DNA of 64,000 nucleotides from a virus (Duplodnaviria; Heunggongvirae; Uroviricota; Caudoviricetes): IMG/VR virus record IMGVR_UViG_3300029305_002265; one strand, 5' to 3'. Shown piece by piece: positions 55,004 to 64,000 of this stretch (position 1 is its first letter; each line of letters starts with the position of its first letter). The notes under the pieces were generated by a model. It saw only the letters and a program-made list of their open reading frames with translations, ran no database searches and was not told where the DNA came from. The position numbers and the translations under genes were made by a program.

Positions 55004-56266
55004 TCAAACCTCGTCATTCAGTCCAAGAATTTCCTCGATGGCGTTGACATCACTAGTCTTCATCTCTGCAGAAAGCTTGTTGTTGTAATCTACAAGGTGC
55101 TTCTTAACCTTTGCCTTAGTAGTCGCGTCGCTCGCCTTGAATGCACTTCTAATTGCATTCAATCTATCATCATCAAGAGTGATAACCACATCCTCGTCAG
55201 CAGTTTCTTCTTCCTCATTGAAGATGTCTTCATCATCAAGGTCAAAAGGCACATCGTCATCTGCTGCACCGTCTTCGCCCTTAGCAAGTGTTTCTTTAAG
55301 GGCTGCAAGAAGCTCCATATCTTCCTCATCGAGGCCTTCCTCGACTACGGGTTCTGCCTTCTTAGTGGTCTTCTTAGTCGTAGTCTTCTTGGTATCAGAA
55401 GTGGCACCGCCGTTCTTTCTTTCGGCTTCAATAGCATCCTTAATTGCCTGGATAAACTCATCGGGATCAAGATTAATTTCATCGGTAATATACTTGAATC
55501 TACTCTTTGCATCTGCAACGAGTGCATCATCTCTGAACTTAATCTTACGAGTCTCGTCAATTACTGCCTTACGTTCCTTTTTCTTCTTGGTCATAGGATT
55601 AGCATCTCCTACTTCCTGCTTCTCGATGTTTCTATCAAAATATCCGAATCCAATTACATGGCTGGAGTTCTTGATGCTATTAAAATACTTCATAGGCATA
55701 TTAGCAGTAAGAGAAGTATAATTGGCACCAGTAAACAGGTCAGACTGATCCTTCTCCTTAACGTGAGATGTCCAATAAGTCTTTACACCAACCTTCTCAA
55801 GTCTCGTAATTTCCTTCTTAACAGTATCAATAACACGGTCCATACCTTTTCCGAAGCCGCCCTCAACACTATTGATGCTGGTAGCCTTTGTGAAATCTTT
55901 CTTACTAATATTCTCTCTATTCCATGCGTCGATGGTATATGCCTCTGCAATCTCAAATGCGGCATCAAGAGTATCGAGAACCACAACCTTGAGGTCTGGA
56001 TAGTCCGAATCCTTATTTTTTACAATATCATCGACAACTTCCTTCATCTTCTTCCAAGTAGGAACGGGCTCTGCTACTACACCCTCGATTGCAGATACAC
56101 CGTCCTCAGTACCCATATCTAACACGATATAGCCATCAGATCCAAACTCCTTCTCGCAAATCTGATACATCAGAGTTGTCTTACCAAACCCACTTGGGGC
56201 CATAATACCCACCATATAATCATTGATATTGGTACTTACACTAACTTTCTTTCCAAACTTACCCAT
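55004..56266 (-). CDS. P-loop ATPase (AAA_24/RecA-like recombination-associated phage ATPase) with an acidic C-terminal tail
   Basis: Walker A GIMAPSGFGKTT, Walker B VVVLDTLD. Confidence 0.5.
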   Translation of the reverse strand: MGKFGKKVSVSTNINDYMVGIMAPSGFGKTTLMYQICEKEFGSDGYIVLDMGTEDGVSAIEGVVAEPVPTWKKMKEVVDDIVKNKDSDYPDLKVVVLDTLDAAFEIAEAYTIDAWNRENISKKDFTKATSINSVEGGFGKGMDRVIDTVKKEITRLEKVGVKTYWTSHVKEKDQSDLFTGANYTSLTANMPMKYFNSIKNSSHVIGFGYFDRNIEKQEVGDANPMTKKKKERKAVIDETRKIKFRDDALVADAKSRFKYITDEINLDPDEFIQAIKDAIEAERKNGGATSDTKKTTTKKTTKKAEPVVEEGLDEEDMELLAALKETLAKGEDGAADDDVPFDLDDEDIFNEEEETADEDVVITLDDDRLNAIRSAFKASDATTKAKVKKHLVDYNNKLSAEMKTSDVNAIEEILGLNDEV

Positions 56267-56301
56267 AATATTTATCTCCTTTTAATCATTTTGAATTGTT
56301 A

Positions 56302-57423
56302 TCAAATGTCATCATCAGAATCTTCATCGAAGATATCTACGGTCTCACTCTCTTCATCACTTACCACGGGTAGTCTCTTAAGGTCTTCTTCAGTATAGAC
56401 CGTGGCCTCGCTGCCCTTAGCACTGTTTCTCGCAAGAGACTGAATTCTGTACTCCGTAATTCTATCTCCATACATACTACCGCCGAGTGCCTTAATGGCG
56501 TCTTCGAGTTCAATAAGACCCATATCAATGTTGTCTCTGGTGTCTTCATCAAGATCGTCGTATGTAATAGCCTGCTCTTCGGCACCATCAATCATCTGGC
56601 ATACAAATCCACACTTTCTAACGGTCGCCTCATCATCAAATGCCGTCAACTTCTTCTTGAACGCCAGGGCCTTCTTCTCTGCCTTCTCATCGCCATTACC
56701 ATTAATAACAAGAGTCATAGGTACAAATCTGTTTTCCTTGATAGAACTAAAGTAATAATCGGTATAACAGTTGAAAAGCATCTTCTTATTCTCATCATAA
56801 GATTCGTCATCAATTGCGTCCTCGGTATAGAAGGTATTAATGGTCATTTCTGCCTTATAGGGTGTATCATCCGCCACCTTGTACATCTTATCTACGGAAA
56901 GTGTTCTGTAGTACTGATCCTTGCTTTCGCTATACTGGAAGTCTACCGTACCAAGAATTCTAAACTTAGCATCTGTGTACTTGTCACTATCGATTACCTT
57001 CTTCACAAGCGCTGCGAATTCAGTTTTCTCAAGAAACTGGTGATTCTTCTTCTTTGCATCATCTTCCTTACCTTCGTCCTCAAGAGCCTTTCTTTCGTCA
57101 AAAGTCAGAAGATTGCAAGTGTAAATTTTAAATCCCGCCACCTTCTCAATAATTTCAGGATTCTTTCTGTCTTCCCATTTTACTTCAAGCTTCTCAGGCT
57201 TCTTGCCTGTTTCTGCTCTAGAGAAAGTCAGAATCTTATTCTTCTTGTCGTCCTTCCACTTACCGCCTCCGATTTCAAGCATAAAACGGTTGTTACCCGA
57301 AATTGCGTTAAAACGATATCTTGTGTTCTGCCATCCGCTATCAAAATCACGGACTTCAAACGCCTTAAATGTGTCGCCGTCCTTTACGGCCTTGAGTGTT
57401 GCAATAATTTCAAAATTTGCCAT
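56302..57423 (-). CDS. Hypothetical protein, candidate ssDNA-binding partner of the upstream ATPase; acidic C-terminus
   Basis: Gene order (ATPase + SSB-like) common in phage recombination modules; no firm motif. Confidence 0.3.
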   Translation of the reverse strand: MANFEIIATLKAVKDGDTFKAFEVRDFDSGWQNTRYRFNAISGNNRFMLEIGGGKWKDDKKNKILTFSRAETGKKPEKLEVKWEDRKNPEIIEKVAGFKIYTCNLLTFDERKALEDEGKEDDAKKKNHQFLEKTEFAALVKKVIDSDKYTDAKFRILGTVDFQYSESKDQYYRTLSVDKMYKVADDTPYKAEMTINTFYTEDAIDDESYDENKKMLFNCYTDYYFSSIKENRFVPMTLVINGNGDEKAEKKALAFKKKLTAFDDEATVRKCGFVCQMIDGAEEQAITYDDLDEDTRDNIDMGLIELEDAIKALGGSMYGDRITEYRIQSLARNSAKGSEATVYTEEDLKRLPVVSDEESETVDIFDEDSDDDI

Positions 57424-57663
57424 GTCTTTTAATCCTTTCTAATTTTAATCATTTTTTACTTGCTATTAGCCCTACTAGTAAGCAGCGCCAACTTAACTTC
57501 GTCTGGTAGACTAGAGTTCTGTAACTCTTCATAAAAAATCTCAAGAGTACGGATTGTAATCTTGCAAGTTGCACGAATTTCATCTTCGAGCTCTGCCATA
57601 TCTTCTGTGTCTAAATTAAAACCAAACATAATTTTTCTCCTTTTAATTAATCATTTTGTATTG

Positions 57664-57876
57664 TTAATTATAAAATCTTTCATCGAGCATTGTATCTCCA
57701 TATAAGTAAACATCATCCTTATGCTCACCTATAAATAAATGTTTCGTACCATCCCTACACTTGGGACAAAAAATCGGTTTTGTATATAAATCGTCGTCTG
57801 AGATCGACGCATCTTTGCTTTTAACTTGATGTAAATTGCCGCATCTAGTGCATTGCACCCAAACCTTATCCCCCAT
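57664..57876 (-). CDS. Small zinc-ribbon protein (70 aa)
   Basis: CTRCGN…CPKC. Confidence 0.35.
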   Translation of the reverse strand: MGDKVWVQCTRCGNLHQVKSKDASISDDDLYTKPIFCPKCRDGTKHLFIGEHKDDVYLYGDTMLDERFYN

Positions 57877-57926
57877 AAATTAGCCCTCCTTTCGCAATAA
57901 TCATTTTGTTTTCTGATTTCACACAT

Positions 57927-57991
57927 ATTATAGCATAAAGAGAGCTTTTTGTCAATACCCTTTTACCATTCTTTACATTTTATTTACAATT
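57927..57991 (-). promoter_or_regulatory. Sigma70-type promoter TTGACA-N17-TGcTATAAT with TTGTAAATAAAATGTAAAG repeats
   Basis: rc of 57950-57955 is TTGACA and rc of 57927-57932 is TATAAT. Confidence 0.5.
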
Positions 57992-58230
57992 ACCTCAATT
58001 CCTAATAAATCATCTCCCACCACAAACATATTCCCACTAGTGCAGAACTCGACTACCTTCTGCTTGTATACGAACAATTCAGTTCCCTTCACTACAATTC
58101 CAATCTTCTCGTCATCGTTTACCACCTGAAGCTCATCACACCCATATTGTTGCTCCCCAAACAGTAAATGCTTTAATGTCACCTTTCCACGTAGTCCTTG
58201 TAACTGATCCCATTCGTCATATTTTCTCAT
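57973..58230 (-). CDS. Hypothetical protein (85 aa)
   Basis: ORF. Confidence 0.3.
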   Translation of the reverse strand: MRKYDEWDQLQGLRGKVTLKHLLFGEQQYGCDELQVVNDDEKIGIVVKGTELFVYKQKVVEFCTSGNMFVVGDDLLGIEVIVNKM

Positions 58231-58421
58231 CTGTATTTCCCTTTCGTCGATTAATAAATATTCTCATGTAACATTATACACGAATGTTTGTTCGTTTTCA
58301 ACCCACAGATTATGGTAAATTTAGGCAGTATTCGCCAAAATTATCAATATAAGTGGGATTACTACTAAAATACCCAATACAATTGCCCAGCTATGTCTTT
58401 CCCATTTCATTCATGTTCTCC

Positions 58422-58742
58422 TTAAACACAAGTCAAAATAACGTCCCTACAAGGAATATCCCATCTGTGCTTGTTTATCCAATCAATAATCCCCTGTAAA
58501 TCAACTTCATCATTGTTGGTATAAATAATCAAATAATCATAATGTTTATCTTCAATAACAACCATTTTGAGAGTGTCCGAAATACATTCTAAAAAATCTT
58601 CCAAAGAATATTCTCTGCTATCCAAACCGATGCTATTAAAAATAACGGGATGATCATAATACATAAAACAGAGGCTGTTAGATTTGTCCATAAGAAAATC
58701 AACCACTCTACTTTTCCCATAATCACCTTTTAAAATCAACAT
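58422..58742 (-). CDS. Hypothetical protein; start moved to MLILKGDY after the AAGGAG leader
   Basis: Conserved leader ACAAAATGATTAAGGAG immediately upstream. Confidence 0.3.
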   Translation of the reverse strand: MLILKGDYGKSRVVDFLMDKSNSLCFMYYDHPVIFNSIGLDSREYSLEDFLECISDTLKMVVIEDKHYDYLIIYTNNDEVDLQGIIDWINKHRWDIPCRDVILTCV

Positions 58743-58791
58743 TCTTTCTTTCTCCTTAATCATTTTGTATCGTTTTGTGTAGAAGAGGAAA

Positions 58792-59739
58792 TTAATCCTC
58801 TTTAAAATATTGCTCATATTTCTGAACTAATACCTGGCTTTGAAACGCAGTTAAAATGTCATACCTTCTCGCCAAGTCGCAAGCATGTTCTGTTTTCACA
58901 TACTCTCTAAATGTCATACCCGTTTCTTTCATACCTTGTTGAAGATGCCATAATAGCCCGCTTGATTGTAACCCCGTCGGCGATATCTTAACGTCAAGAT
59001 CCTTTGAGATAAGTGCAAGTCTTCTCAACAGGAATCTGTATCTGCGCTCCATGTCACCCTCGCTATTCCAATCTGAATTACTCGACAAGGCGTTTGCTCT
59101 TACCTTGTAGATGCCGTGAGAAACTACCTTTGCTACTCTTGCGGTCGAACCAAATGACATAAGTTCATCCTCTTCGCAGGCACTTTTTAGCAACTCATAA
59201 GTCTCTTTATCTATAGGAATGCTCTTGCCTGTCTTGAAGTACACAACATAGTCGCTTGTGTCCACCTGTGAGATTTGGAAGAATGACAATTCTCTAAGCC
59301 ACAATGATCCGAAACCTAAGAATAATGCTTCTATTATTGCCTTATCCGTGTAGTTTAACAAGTTCGCCTTAATATCATCTACATCTTCTCGGCTCAACAC
59401 CATACTTTTCTGTTTCTCTGTGTCAACAACCGTTTCAAGCATATCCTTTGTAATTTTTTCATATGCGCTGTCGATGGCTCTACCACTCTTGTGACAGAAC
59501 CATCTTGACGCATTCTTCAGTAATAAATTAGTGTTCTGCAACGATACTACCGAAACTGCGTGAGCACTTTCGTACATTTCTAAGGCTTCGTTCGTGGTAA
59601 ATTCATAAAACGGCTTCCCGAACCTCTTTTCGAACCCAACTGCCCTATTAAGCACTGCCCTTGTTGTCGTTTCTATTATTACTTTACTACGTTTGTACTC
59701 GGTTAAAAAGGCTTCAATGTCCTTTTCACTAGTATACAC
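58792..59739 (-). CDS. Integrase-like protein, possibly a degenerate tyrosine-recombinase fold, adjacent to the tyrosine integrase
   Basis: Size and position; weak resemblance to a SAM-like N-terminal domain; no clear RHRY set. Confidence 0.3.
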   Translation of the reverse strand: MYTSEKDIEAFLTEYKRSKVIIETTTRAVLNRAVGFEKRFGKPFYEFTTNEALEMYESAHAVSVVSLQNTNLLLKNASRWFCHKSGRAIDSAYEKITKDMLETVVDTEKQKSMVLSREDVDDIKANLLNYTDKAIIEALFLGFGSLWLRELSFFQISQVDTSDYVVYFKTGKSIPIDKETYELLKSACEEDELMSFGSTARVAKVVSHGIYKVRANALSSNSDWNSEGDMERRYRFLLRRLALISKDLDVKISPTGLQSSGLLWHLQQGMKETGMTFREYVKTEHACDLARRYDILTAFQSQVLVQKYEQYFKED

Positions 59740-59825
59740 ATATATCGACTCCTTATTTTTTTATTTTGCTTTGCCATTATAACATAACAAAATGATTATT
59801 GCAATCATTTTGTGGTATGGAAATA

Positions 59826-60812
59826 TTAAAAGAGATTGCCATCCAACACGTTAGTTGCATTTTCCTTTTCCTTCTCTAATACTCCAACGTATCGAGTTGT
59901 GGTTTGAATATTCTCATGTCCTACCATTTCTTTAATAACCTGAATCGATACTCCTTGTGTGCTCATTAGAGTGCACGCAGTTGCTCTCAATTTATGAGGA
60001 GTGATGTGTTTTCCTTTAATGGTTTTGGTATATTTTTCTACCAATTGTCCGATTGTATGGGTAGAAATTCTTTCTTTAAGTTGACTTACAAACAAGGCAT
60101 TCGTTTCTGCATCTGAAAAATACAATTCTCTATCTTTTAGCCAAGATAGCAGCAATCCTCTCATATTTGTCCCAAACTGCACGTTCCTTGCTTTATTTCC
60201 TTTTTCTACAACTTTAATAGTATTGTTGGCAAAATCTATATCCTCTATGTTTATCTGAGTAAGGGCACTATTTCTTAACCCCGTTGAAATAAATAAGGAA
60301 ATAAGGGCCAAGTCTCTATTCAATAATTTTGTTCCAGCTTGCTCTTTAATGTTTTTAAATACTTCTTGTATCTCTTCTTGCGTCAAATAGGTTACTTTGT
60401 GTTCAGTTCTGATTTTTGGTCTCTTTGTTTTAGTCATAGGATTTTCTTTAATATAATCATTATTTATAAGAAATATAAAAAATGTATTAAGAGCAGACCA
60501 TCTGGTTGCTTGAATATCATCTCCTGTTCTGACGGTCTGGCCGTCTACATTTCTGGTTTGCAGCGACACTAAATACTGCTTGATCGTTGGAGTTGTTACC
60601 TTTTTATAAAAATCCTCTTTTAAGCCGTCGTCAGATATATAATTCATAAATGATGCAACGTAATTAATATAAGTGTCTATTGTATTAAATGATTTTCTGT
60701 CACCTCTCATGTCATTATAAAACTCCGTAAACACCTGAGGTAAATCGACCAGCTTATTTTCTATTTTTGTTCTCAGTCTGTCTTCTTTTTCTAATCTTCC
60801 GCTTGATGCCAT
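59826..60812 (-). CDS. Tyrosine-type site-specific recombinase/integrase
   Basis: Catalytic residues in GLRNSA (R), HKLRAT (HxxR), GHENIQTTTRYV (H, Y). Confidence 0.85.
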   Translation of the reverse strand: MASSGRLEKEDRLRTKIENKLVDLPQVFTEFYNDMRGDRKSFNTIDTYINYVASFMNYISDDGLKEDFYKKVTTPTIKQYLVSLQTRNVDGQTVRTGDDIQATRWSALNTFFIFLINNDYIKENPMTKTKRPKIRTEHKVTYLTQEEIQEVFKNIKEQAGTKLLNRDLALISLFISTGLRNSALTQINIEDIDFANNTIKVVEKGNKARNVQFGTNMRGLLLSWLKDRELYFSDAETNALFVSQLKERISTHTIGQLVEKYTKTIKGKHITPHKLRATACTLMSTQGVSIQVIKEMVGHENIQTTTRYVGVLEKEKENATNVLDGNLF

Positions 60813-60827
60813 AATATATCCATCTCC

Positions 60828-61292
60828 TTAATCTCTATATATATCAACTAAATATTTTAAATAAAAGAAAGTTGCAATAATCCATATTCCAACTGCCGCC
60901 CGAAATATTGTGCCTACAAGAATTGATGTTATATACAACACTGTACCAGGAACAATATCTGCACGTCTTGTCGGAGGCGTATTTGCGTAATTATCCATTG
61001 CAATCCTCCATGTTGGCTTGTCTTCGTAAAAAACAGGTTCGATGATTTTTTCTATTACATCTTCTGGTTTATCAAATACCGCTATACCACAAAATCCCGT
61101 TCCAGGGGGTATAACGCCGCTAAATTTGAGATACCCACTTTCAAGTCCGCCAATAAATTTTGCGATGCCATCGCACCTCTCTATTTCTCGCCGACTTGTA
61201 TATGTTCCTCCTGGTCTAATTTTAACAACGGTTCCAACGCCATATCTTTTACCATAAAAATCAAAATAATTTCGCGTATGATTATAAGACAT
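60828..61292 (-). CDS. Hypothetical protein with a C-terminal TM helix
   Basis: ORF. Confidence 0.3.
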   Translation of the reverse strand: MSYNHTRNYFDFYGKRYGVGTVVKIRPGGTYTSRREIERCDGIAKFIGGLESGYLKFSGVIPPGTGFCGIAVFDKPEDVIEKIIEPVFYEDKPTWRIAMDNYANTPPTRRADIVPGTVLYITSILVGTIFRAAVGIWIIATFFYLKYLVDIYRD

Positions 61293-61304
61293 TTAACCGC
61301 CTCC

Positions 61305-61541
61305 TTACGCAAACGCTAACGCCTTATTCTGCTTTTTCTTCTGTTTTAAAAGCTCCCTTTGTTTCCACCATTCATGGTCTTCTATCTTGTCTAAATGGTG
61401 GCATTCTTTTTTAAGACATTCTTTTTTCTTAACTTGTTTTACGGTCATATAACAACCCTTTCTTTTACAATAGGCACAAACATTAGAGCTCTCGCCTCCA
61501 TAAAGTATTTTCTTTGCTTCTTCCATATCTCTTTCCCTCAT
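61305..61541 (-). CDS. Small basic Cys/His protein (78 aa)
   Basis: ORF. Confidence 0.25.
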   Translation of the reverse strand: MRERDMEEAKKILYGGESSNVCAYCKRKGCYMTVKQVKKKECLKKECHHLDKIEDHEWWKQRELLKQKKKQNKALAFA

Positions 61542-61560
61542 ATTATATCACATTTTATTG

Positions 61561-61830
61561 TTAATTTTGCGCATTGCTGATGGATTCTAACGCGCTGTCT
61601 ATATTATCAGCTGCTTCATCGAGAGAGTTAATCGCATCACTCATATTATTAATCGCCTCTTCCATTGCAGCATATCTATCCGTTCCCGCAAATCTCTCCA
61701 TATTATCTAAAGAGCTTTCTTCGTCGCTAAGCACATACTCTAAATCACATTTAAGATCATTGATGGATTCTTTAATAATTGATAGTCTTTCCTCGATTTT
61801 AAACAATTCTTTTCTTTTTGTCTTGTTCAT
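61561..61830 (-). CDS. Small acidic coiled-coil protein (89 aa)
   Basis: Own promoter and RBS AAGAGG. Confidence 0.35.
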   Translation of the reverse strand: MNKTKRKELFKIEERLSIIKESINDLKCDLEYVLSDEESSLDNMERFAGTDRYAAMEEAINNMSDAINSLDEAADNIDSALESISNAQN

Positions 61831-61845
61831 TTTAACCTCTTTTCT

Positions 61846-61915
61846 TCATGCTTGTATTATAGCATAATTTTGCCATTTTGTCAATCATTTTGTGGTGTAT
61901 TAATAAACTATTTAC
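61846..61915 (-). promoter_or_regulatory. Sigma70-type promoter TTGACA-N17-TGcTATAAT
   Basis: rc of 61869-61874 is TTGACA and rc of 61846-61851 is TATAAT; TTGTAAATAG at 61897-61910. Confidence 0.5.
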
Positions 61916-61917
61916 AA

Positions 61918-62436
61918 TTAGCTTACTTTCATTCTCTTAGCCATCGCCTGTCTGTAAGGCTCGAATGCTTCTTGCTCATCATAATTCATCTTATTCAGAA
62001 TCTCCATCCTTTCTGCCTCACTAATGATTCTTGTAATTTTAATACGATCTGCAATAACCCATAATCTATTACCAGACTCCTTAAAATTATAGAAGCCACC
62101 ATCAGGCAATCTATCTGTAAAGCACTTCTTCGGTAGCTGCTCAACCATAGATGTATAATCTACGTCTGCCACATACTCTACCTCGCACCACACTCTTCTA
62201 AATCTCTTGCCTCGCTGAGATTTATATGTTCCATCTGCTCCCATAAGCCAAGGCGCACTAGGCATCATAGTTCCCAGGTGCCAGCCTGGTCTGTGGGCGA
62301 ACCCAGGATGATGTTCTACAATCTCTGCCATAACCCATTCATCCATAACGGTTTCTTCATTCTTACCAATAAAGAGAGGAAAGAGTTTGCCATCGTCCCT
62401 CATTTCAAATAGCTTGTATCCTTTTTCAATTTTCAT
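61918..62436 (-). CDS. Hypothetical protein (172 aa)
   Basis: ORF. Confidence 0.35.
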   Translation of the reverse strand: MKIEKGYKLFEMRDDGKLFPLFIGKNEETVMDEWVMAEIVEHHPGFAHRPGWHLGTMMPSAPWLMGADGTYKSQRGKRFRRVWCEVEYVADVDYTSMVEQLPKKCFTDRLPDGGFYNFKESGNRLWVIADRIKITRIISEAERMEILNKMNYDEQEAFEPYRQAMAKRMKVS

Positions 62437-62646
62437 AATTAATCCTCCTCACCCAAACACAATCTCATCAAGTCGTCATCTCCTTAATTTCGCCAACAGC
62501 CTTTAGGAACGCCTCTCTTTCATCTAACCCTTGACGTACCCAAAACCTCATATTATCCCTCATTGCCTCTTCTAATACCAACATTGTTTCTTTATCATTT
62601 AACACTTAAATCCATCCTTTCATTTCAAAATCATTATTTTATGTTC

Positions 62647-62928
62647 TTATCCAACATAATAAATGCCACACATTTCACAACATTTAATAATGTCAACGCT
62701 TTTATTATCCGCTTCATCATCTGTAATTAAAGGCTTTCTATACGGCTCTGCTTCAATGGGAATTGCACCACCCAAATCTTCTCTATAATCTCTTGCATAC
62801 CATTCACCATCTATGCAATCAAGTTCTACCTCACCTTTTACATATGCTCTTGCTCTTTCAATCATAGCAATCAACTTTATTTCGTTATCATTAAACATAT
62901 TTAAATCCTCCGTGTTAAAATTAATCAT
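62647..62928 (-). CDS. Small hypothetical protein
   Basis: ORF. Confidence 0.25.
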   Translation of the reverse strand: MINFNTEDLNMFNDNEIKLIAMIERARAYVKGEVELDCIDGEWYARDYREDLGGAIPIEAEPYRKPLITDDEADNKSVDIIKCCEMCGIYYVG

Positions 62929-62933
62929 TTACG

Positions 62934-63173
62934 TTACAACGATTCCATATCGTGCCTATAATTATCATACGGCTTCGGCATATCCGCATAAGCAAGAACA
63001 ATGGTATATTTTCCATCAAACCACCATCTATCCGTCTGCCATCTTCTAACTGTGACTTTGGGATTGCTTGAACCATCAATATATGTTACCAAGTATTCTC
63101 CATCTTCTTTTGGATTGCCATTTTTAATTACACTAATCCAGTTAATTTCCATAATAACCTCCGTTAAAATCAC
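62934..63173 (-). CDS. Small hypothetical protein
   Basis: ORF. Confidence 0.25.
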   Translation of the reverse strand: MILTEVIMEINWISVIKNGNPKEDGEYLVTYIDGSSNPKVTVRRWQTDRWWFDGKYTIVLAYADMPKPYDNYRHDMESL

Positions 63174-63184
63174 TTTTTATGTGT

Positions 63185-63433
63185 TTATAAATTCCACGCA
63201 CGGAACTCATTCATCTGCTCTTCTATATCCATTGAGAGATTATAGATTTCCATTACAGAACACATGTTGTTTCCATTGTAATAAGCCACTCTTTCTTGAA
63301 CAGACTCTCCTTTATCTACATATACAGGAAAGTCGTCATAATCCCAATGGTCGCACACAATAATTACATGGGTGGCGCCAGTTTTAATTCCTCGGTTTAC
63401 CCAAGCTCTAATCTGATCTTCATTTGCTGCCAT
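63185..63433 (-). CDS. Small hypothetical protein
   Basis: ORF. Confidence 0.25.
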   Translation of the reverse strand: MAANEDQIRAWVNRGIKTGATHVIIVCDHWDYDDFPVYVDKGESVQERVAYYNGNNMCSVMEIYNLSMDIEEQMNEFRAWNL

Positions 63434-63467
63434 ATCTAACTCCTTATCAAATCACTCTTTTATGCGC

Positions 63468-63740
63468 TTAATATCTAATTGATATGGGAATTTCCAAAAA
63501 CTTCTTAAACTCCTGAACGAGATACATAGACAATCTATCGTCCTTGTCAAAATCTTCTTCGGGGATATAACCATCATTGTATTCATCGCCCCAATAAAAA
63601 TAACTTCGCATCAAATCGTCCAAATCATCTTCTTTGTTTGGCTCTAAATCGTAGTGGTATTCAGCCTTATCCATAAGGTCATTATACAAGCATTTTCTCA
63701 ACTTGATTTCTTCTTCTTTTGTTAATTTAATCTCCATCAT
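63468..63740 (-). CDS. Small acidic hypothetical protein
   Basis: ORF. Confidence 0.25.
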   Translation of the reverse strand: MMEIKLTKEEEIKLRKCLYNDLMDKAEYHYDLEPNKEDDLDDLMRSYFYWGDEYNDGYIPEEDFDKDDRLSMYLVQEFKKFLEIPISIRY

Positions 63741-64000
63741 TTGCTTTCCTCCGTTATAAAATCACTTACTCTGTCAAAAAACTTTTTCCAATCGTCCTTA
63801 TAAAAGCGGTCGTTTGTATCTATCGTGTTATAAATTGCATTGTCGCCTTTAACTTCTTTAATGCACACATGATGTACAACACAGCCTATTACAATAATCC
63901 ATTCCCCATTTGCCTCATCTTTAATAATTCTTGTGGTTCTTGTTTTGCAATCGTACTCATATATCTCATCTGGACGATATTTACAATAAGCGGTTATAAA
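63737..64000 (-). CDS. Partial CDS (C-terminal part; start beyond the window end), hypothetical
   Basis: Minus-strand frame is open from 64000 down to a TGA overlapping the next ATG (ATGA). Confidence 0.4.
   Translation of the reverse strand, partial: FITAYCKYRPDEIYEYDCKTRTTRIIKDEANGEWIIVIGCVVHHVCIKEVKGDNAIYNTIDTNDRFYKDDWKKFFDRVSDFITEESK

Noticed and set aside
54953-56122. 389-aa plus-strand ORF antisense to the AAA ATPase gene (likewise 31781-32560 and 36435-37208 antisense to the SPFH and NAMPT-like genes)
   Set aside because: The opposite-strand genes carry clear motifs (Walker A/B, SPFH, NAMPT N-terminus). The antisense ORFs are S/L-rich low-complexity with no RBS.
34487-58817. N-terminal MIKEK/MIRSER/MIKIND extensions on several ORF-track proteins
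   Set aside because: The first ATG belongs to the conserved ACAAAATGATTAGGAG leader. The genuine start is the next ATG 6-12 nt after the AGGAG, so the starts were adjusted.
1-64000. CRISPR arrays, retron or toxin-antitoxin pairs
   Set aside because: No regularly spaced direct repeats with unique spacers, no reverse-transcriptase motifs and no small overlapping TA-like gene pairs with recognisable domains were seen.

Overview
This window is about 64 kb of a low-GC tailed-phage or plasmid-prophage genome. The host is most likely an anaerobic Firmicute: RBSs are strong AGGAGG-type, several genes start on TTG, there is an NrdD/NrdG/NrdH anaerobic RNR set, and the lysins are SleB-type. No tools were run, so all boundaries and structures below are hand-derived.

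Plus-strand arm (1-8957): the C-terminal end of a structural gene, two very large tail-fibre-like proteins, a membrane coiled-coil protein, an LL-H-type holin and a bidirectional terminator. After that comes a partition-like module: a small RHH gene on the minus strand, an iteron-like intergenic region, a TubR-like wHTH gene and a TubZ/PhuZ-like tubulin/FtsZ GTPase. Convergent terminators sit at about 8958-9029.

Minus-strand arm (9036-64000), in order of decreasing coordinate blocks:
- Recombinase and lysis: a large serine recombinase, two tandem SleB-like cell-wall hydrolases, and a vWA protein.
- Nucleotide metabolism: dUTPase, NrdG, NrdD, NrdH, an NT5C-like nucleotidase, a guanylate-kinase-like protein, a ThyX-like protein and an HD protein.
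- DNA ligase and endolysin: NAD-dependent DNA ligase and an amidase-SH3b endolysin.
- tRNA island: five canonical tRNAs (Gln, Ser, Lys, Leu, Leu), degenerate tRNA-like pieces, conserved hairpins, an inserted HNH endonuclease and about 1 kb of ORF-free structured sequence.
- RNA-repair / ADP-ribosylation / NAD+ reconstitution island: an HPr/Crh-like protein, a P-loop kinase+HD Pnkp-like protein, a pol-beta NTase, a WGR-PARP protein, a macrodomain, an SPFH lipoprotein, a tRNA-binding-domain::Rnl RNA ligase, NadE, a HAD phosphatase, a NAMPT/Namat-like and Prs/Adps-like pair, and PncA.
- Replication: DnaE-type Pol III alpha, GIY-YIG, RecJ-like DHH exonuclease, ten small Cys-rich proteins, primase, DnaB helicase, and an AAA ATPase + SSB-like pair.
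- Radical-SAM operon: a divergent radical-SAM/SPASM-like enzyme translationally coupled to five tandem paralogues that share an N-terminal MKIRxDFVTNSSSSSF motif.
- Integration: a tyrosine integrase plus a degenerate integrase-like gene.

At least eleven near-consensus sigma70-type promoters (TTGACA-N16-18-TATAAT, usually with TTGTAAAT upstream repeats) and a conserved ACAAAATGATTAGGAG leader punctuate the minus arm.
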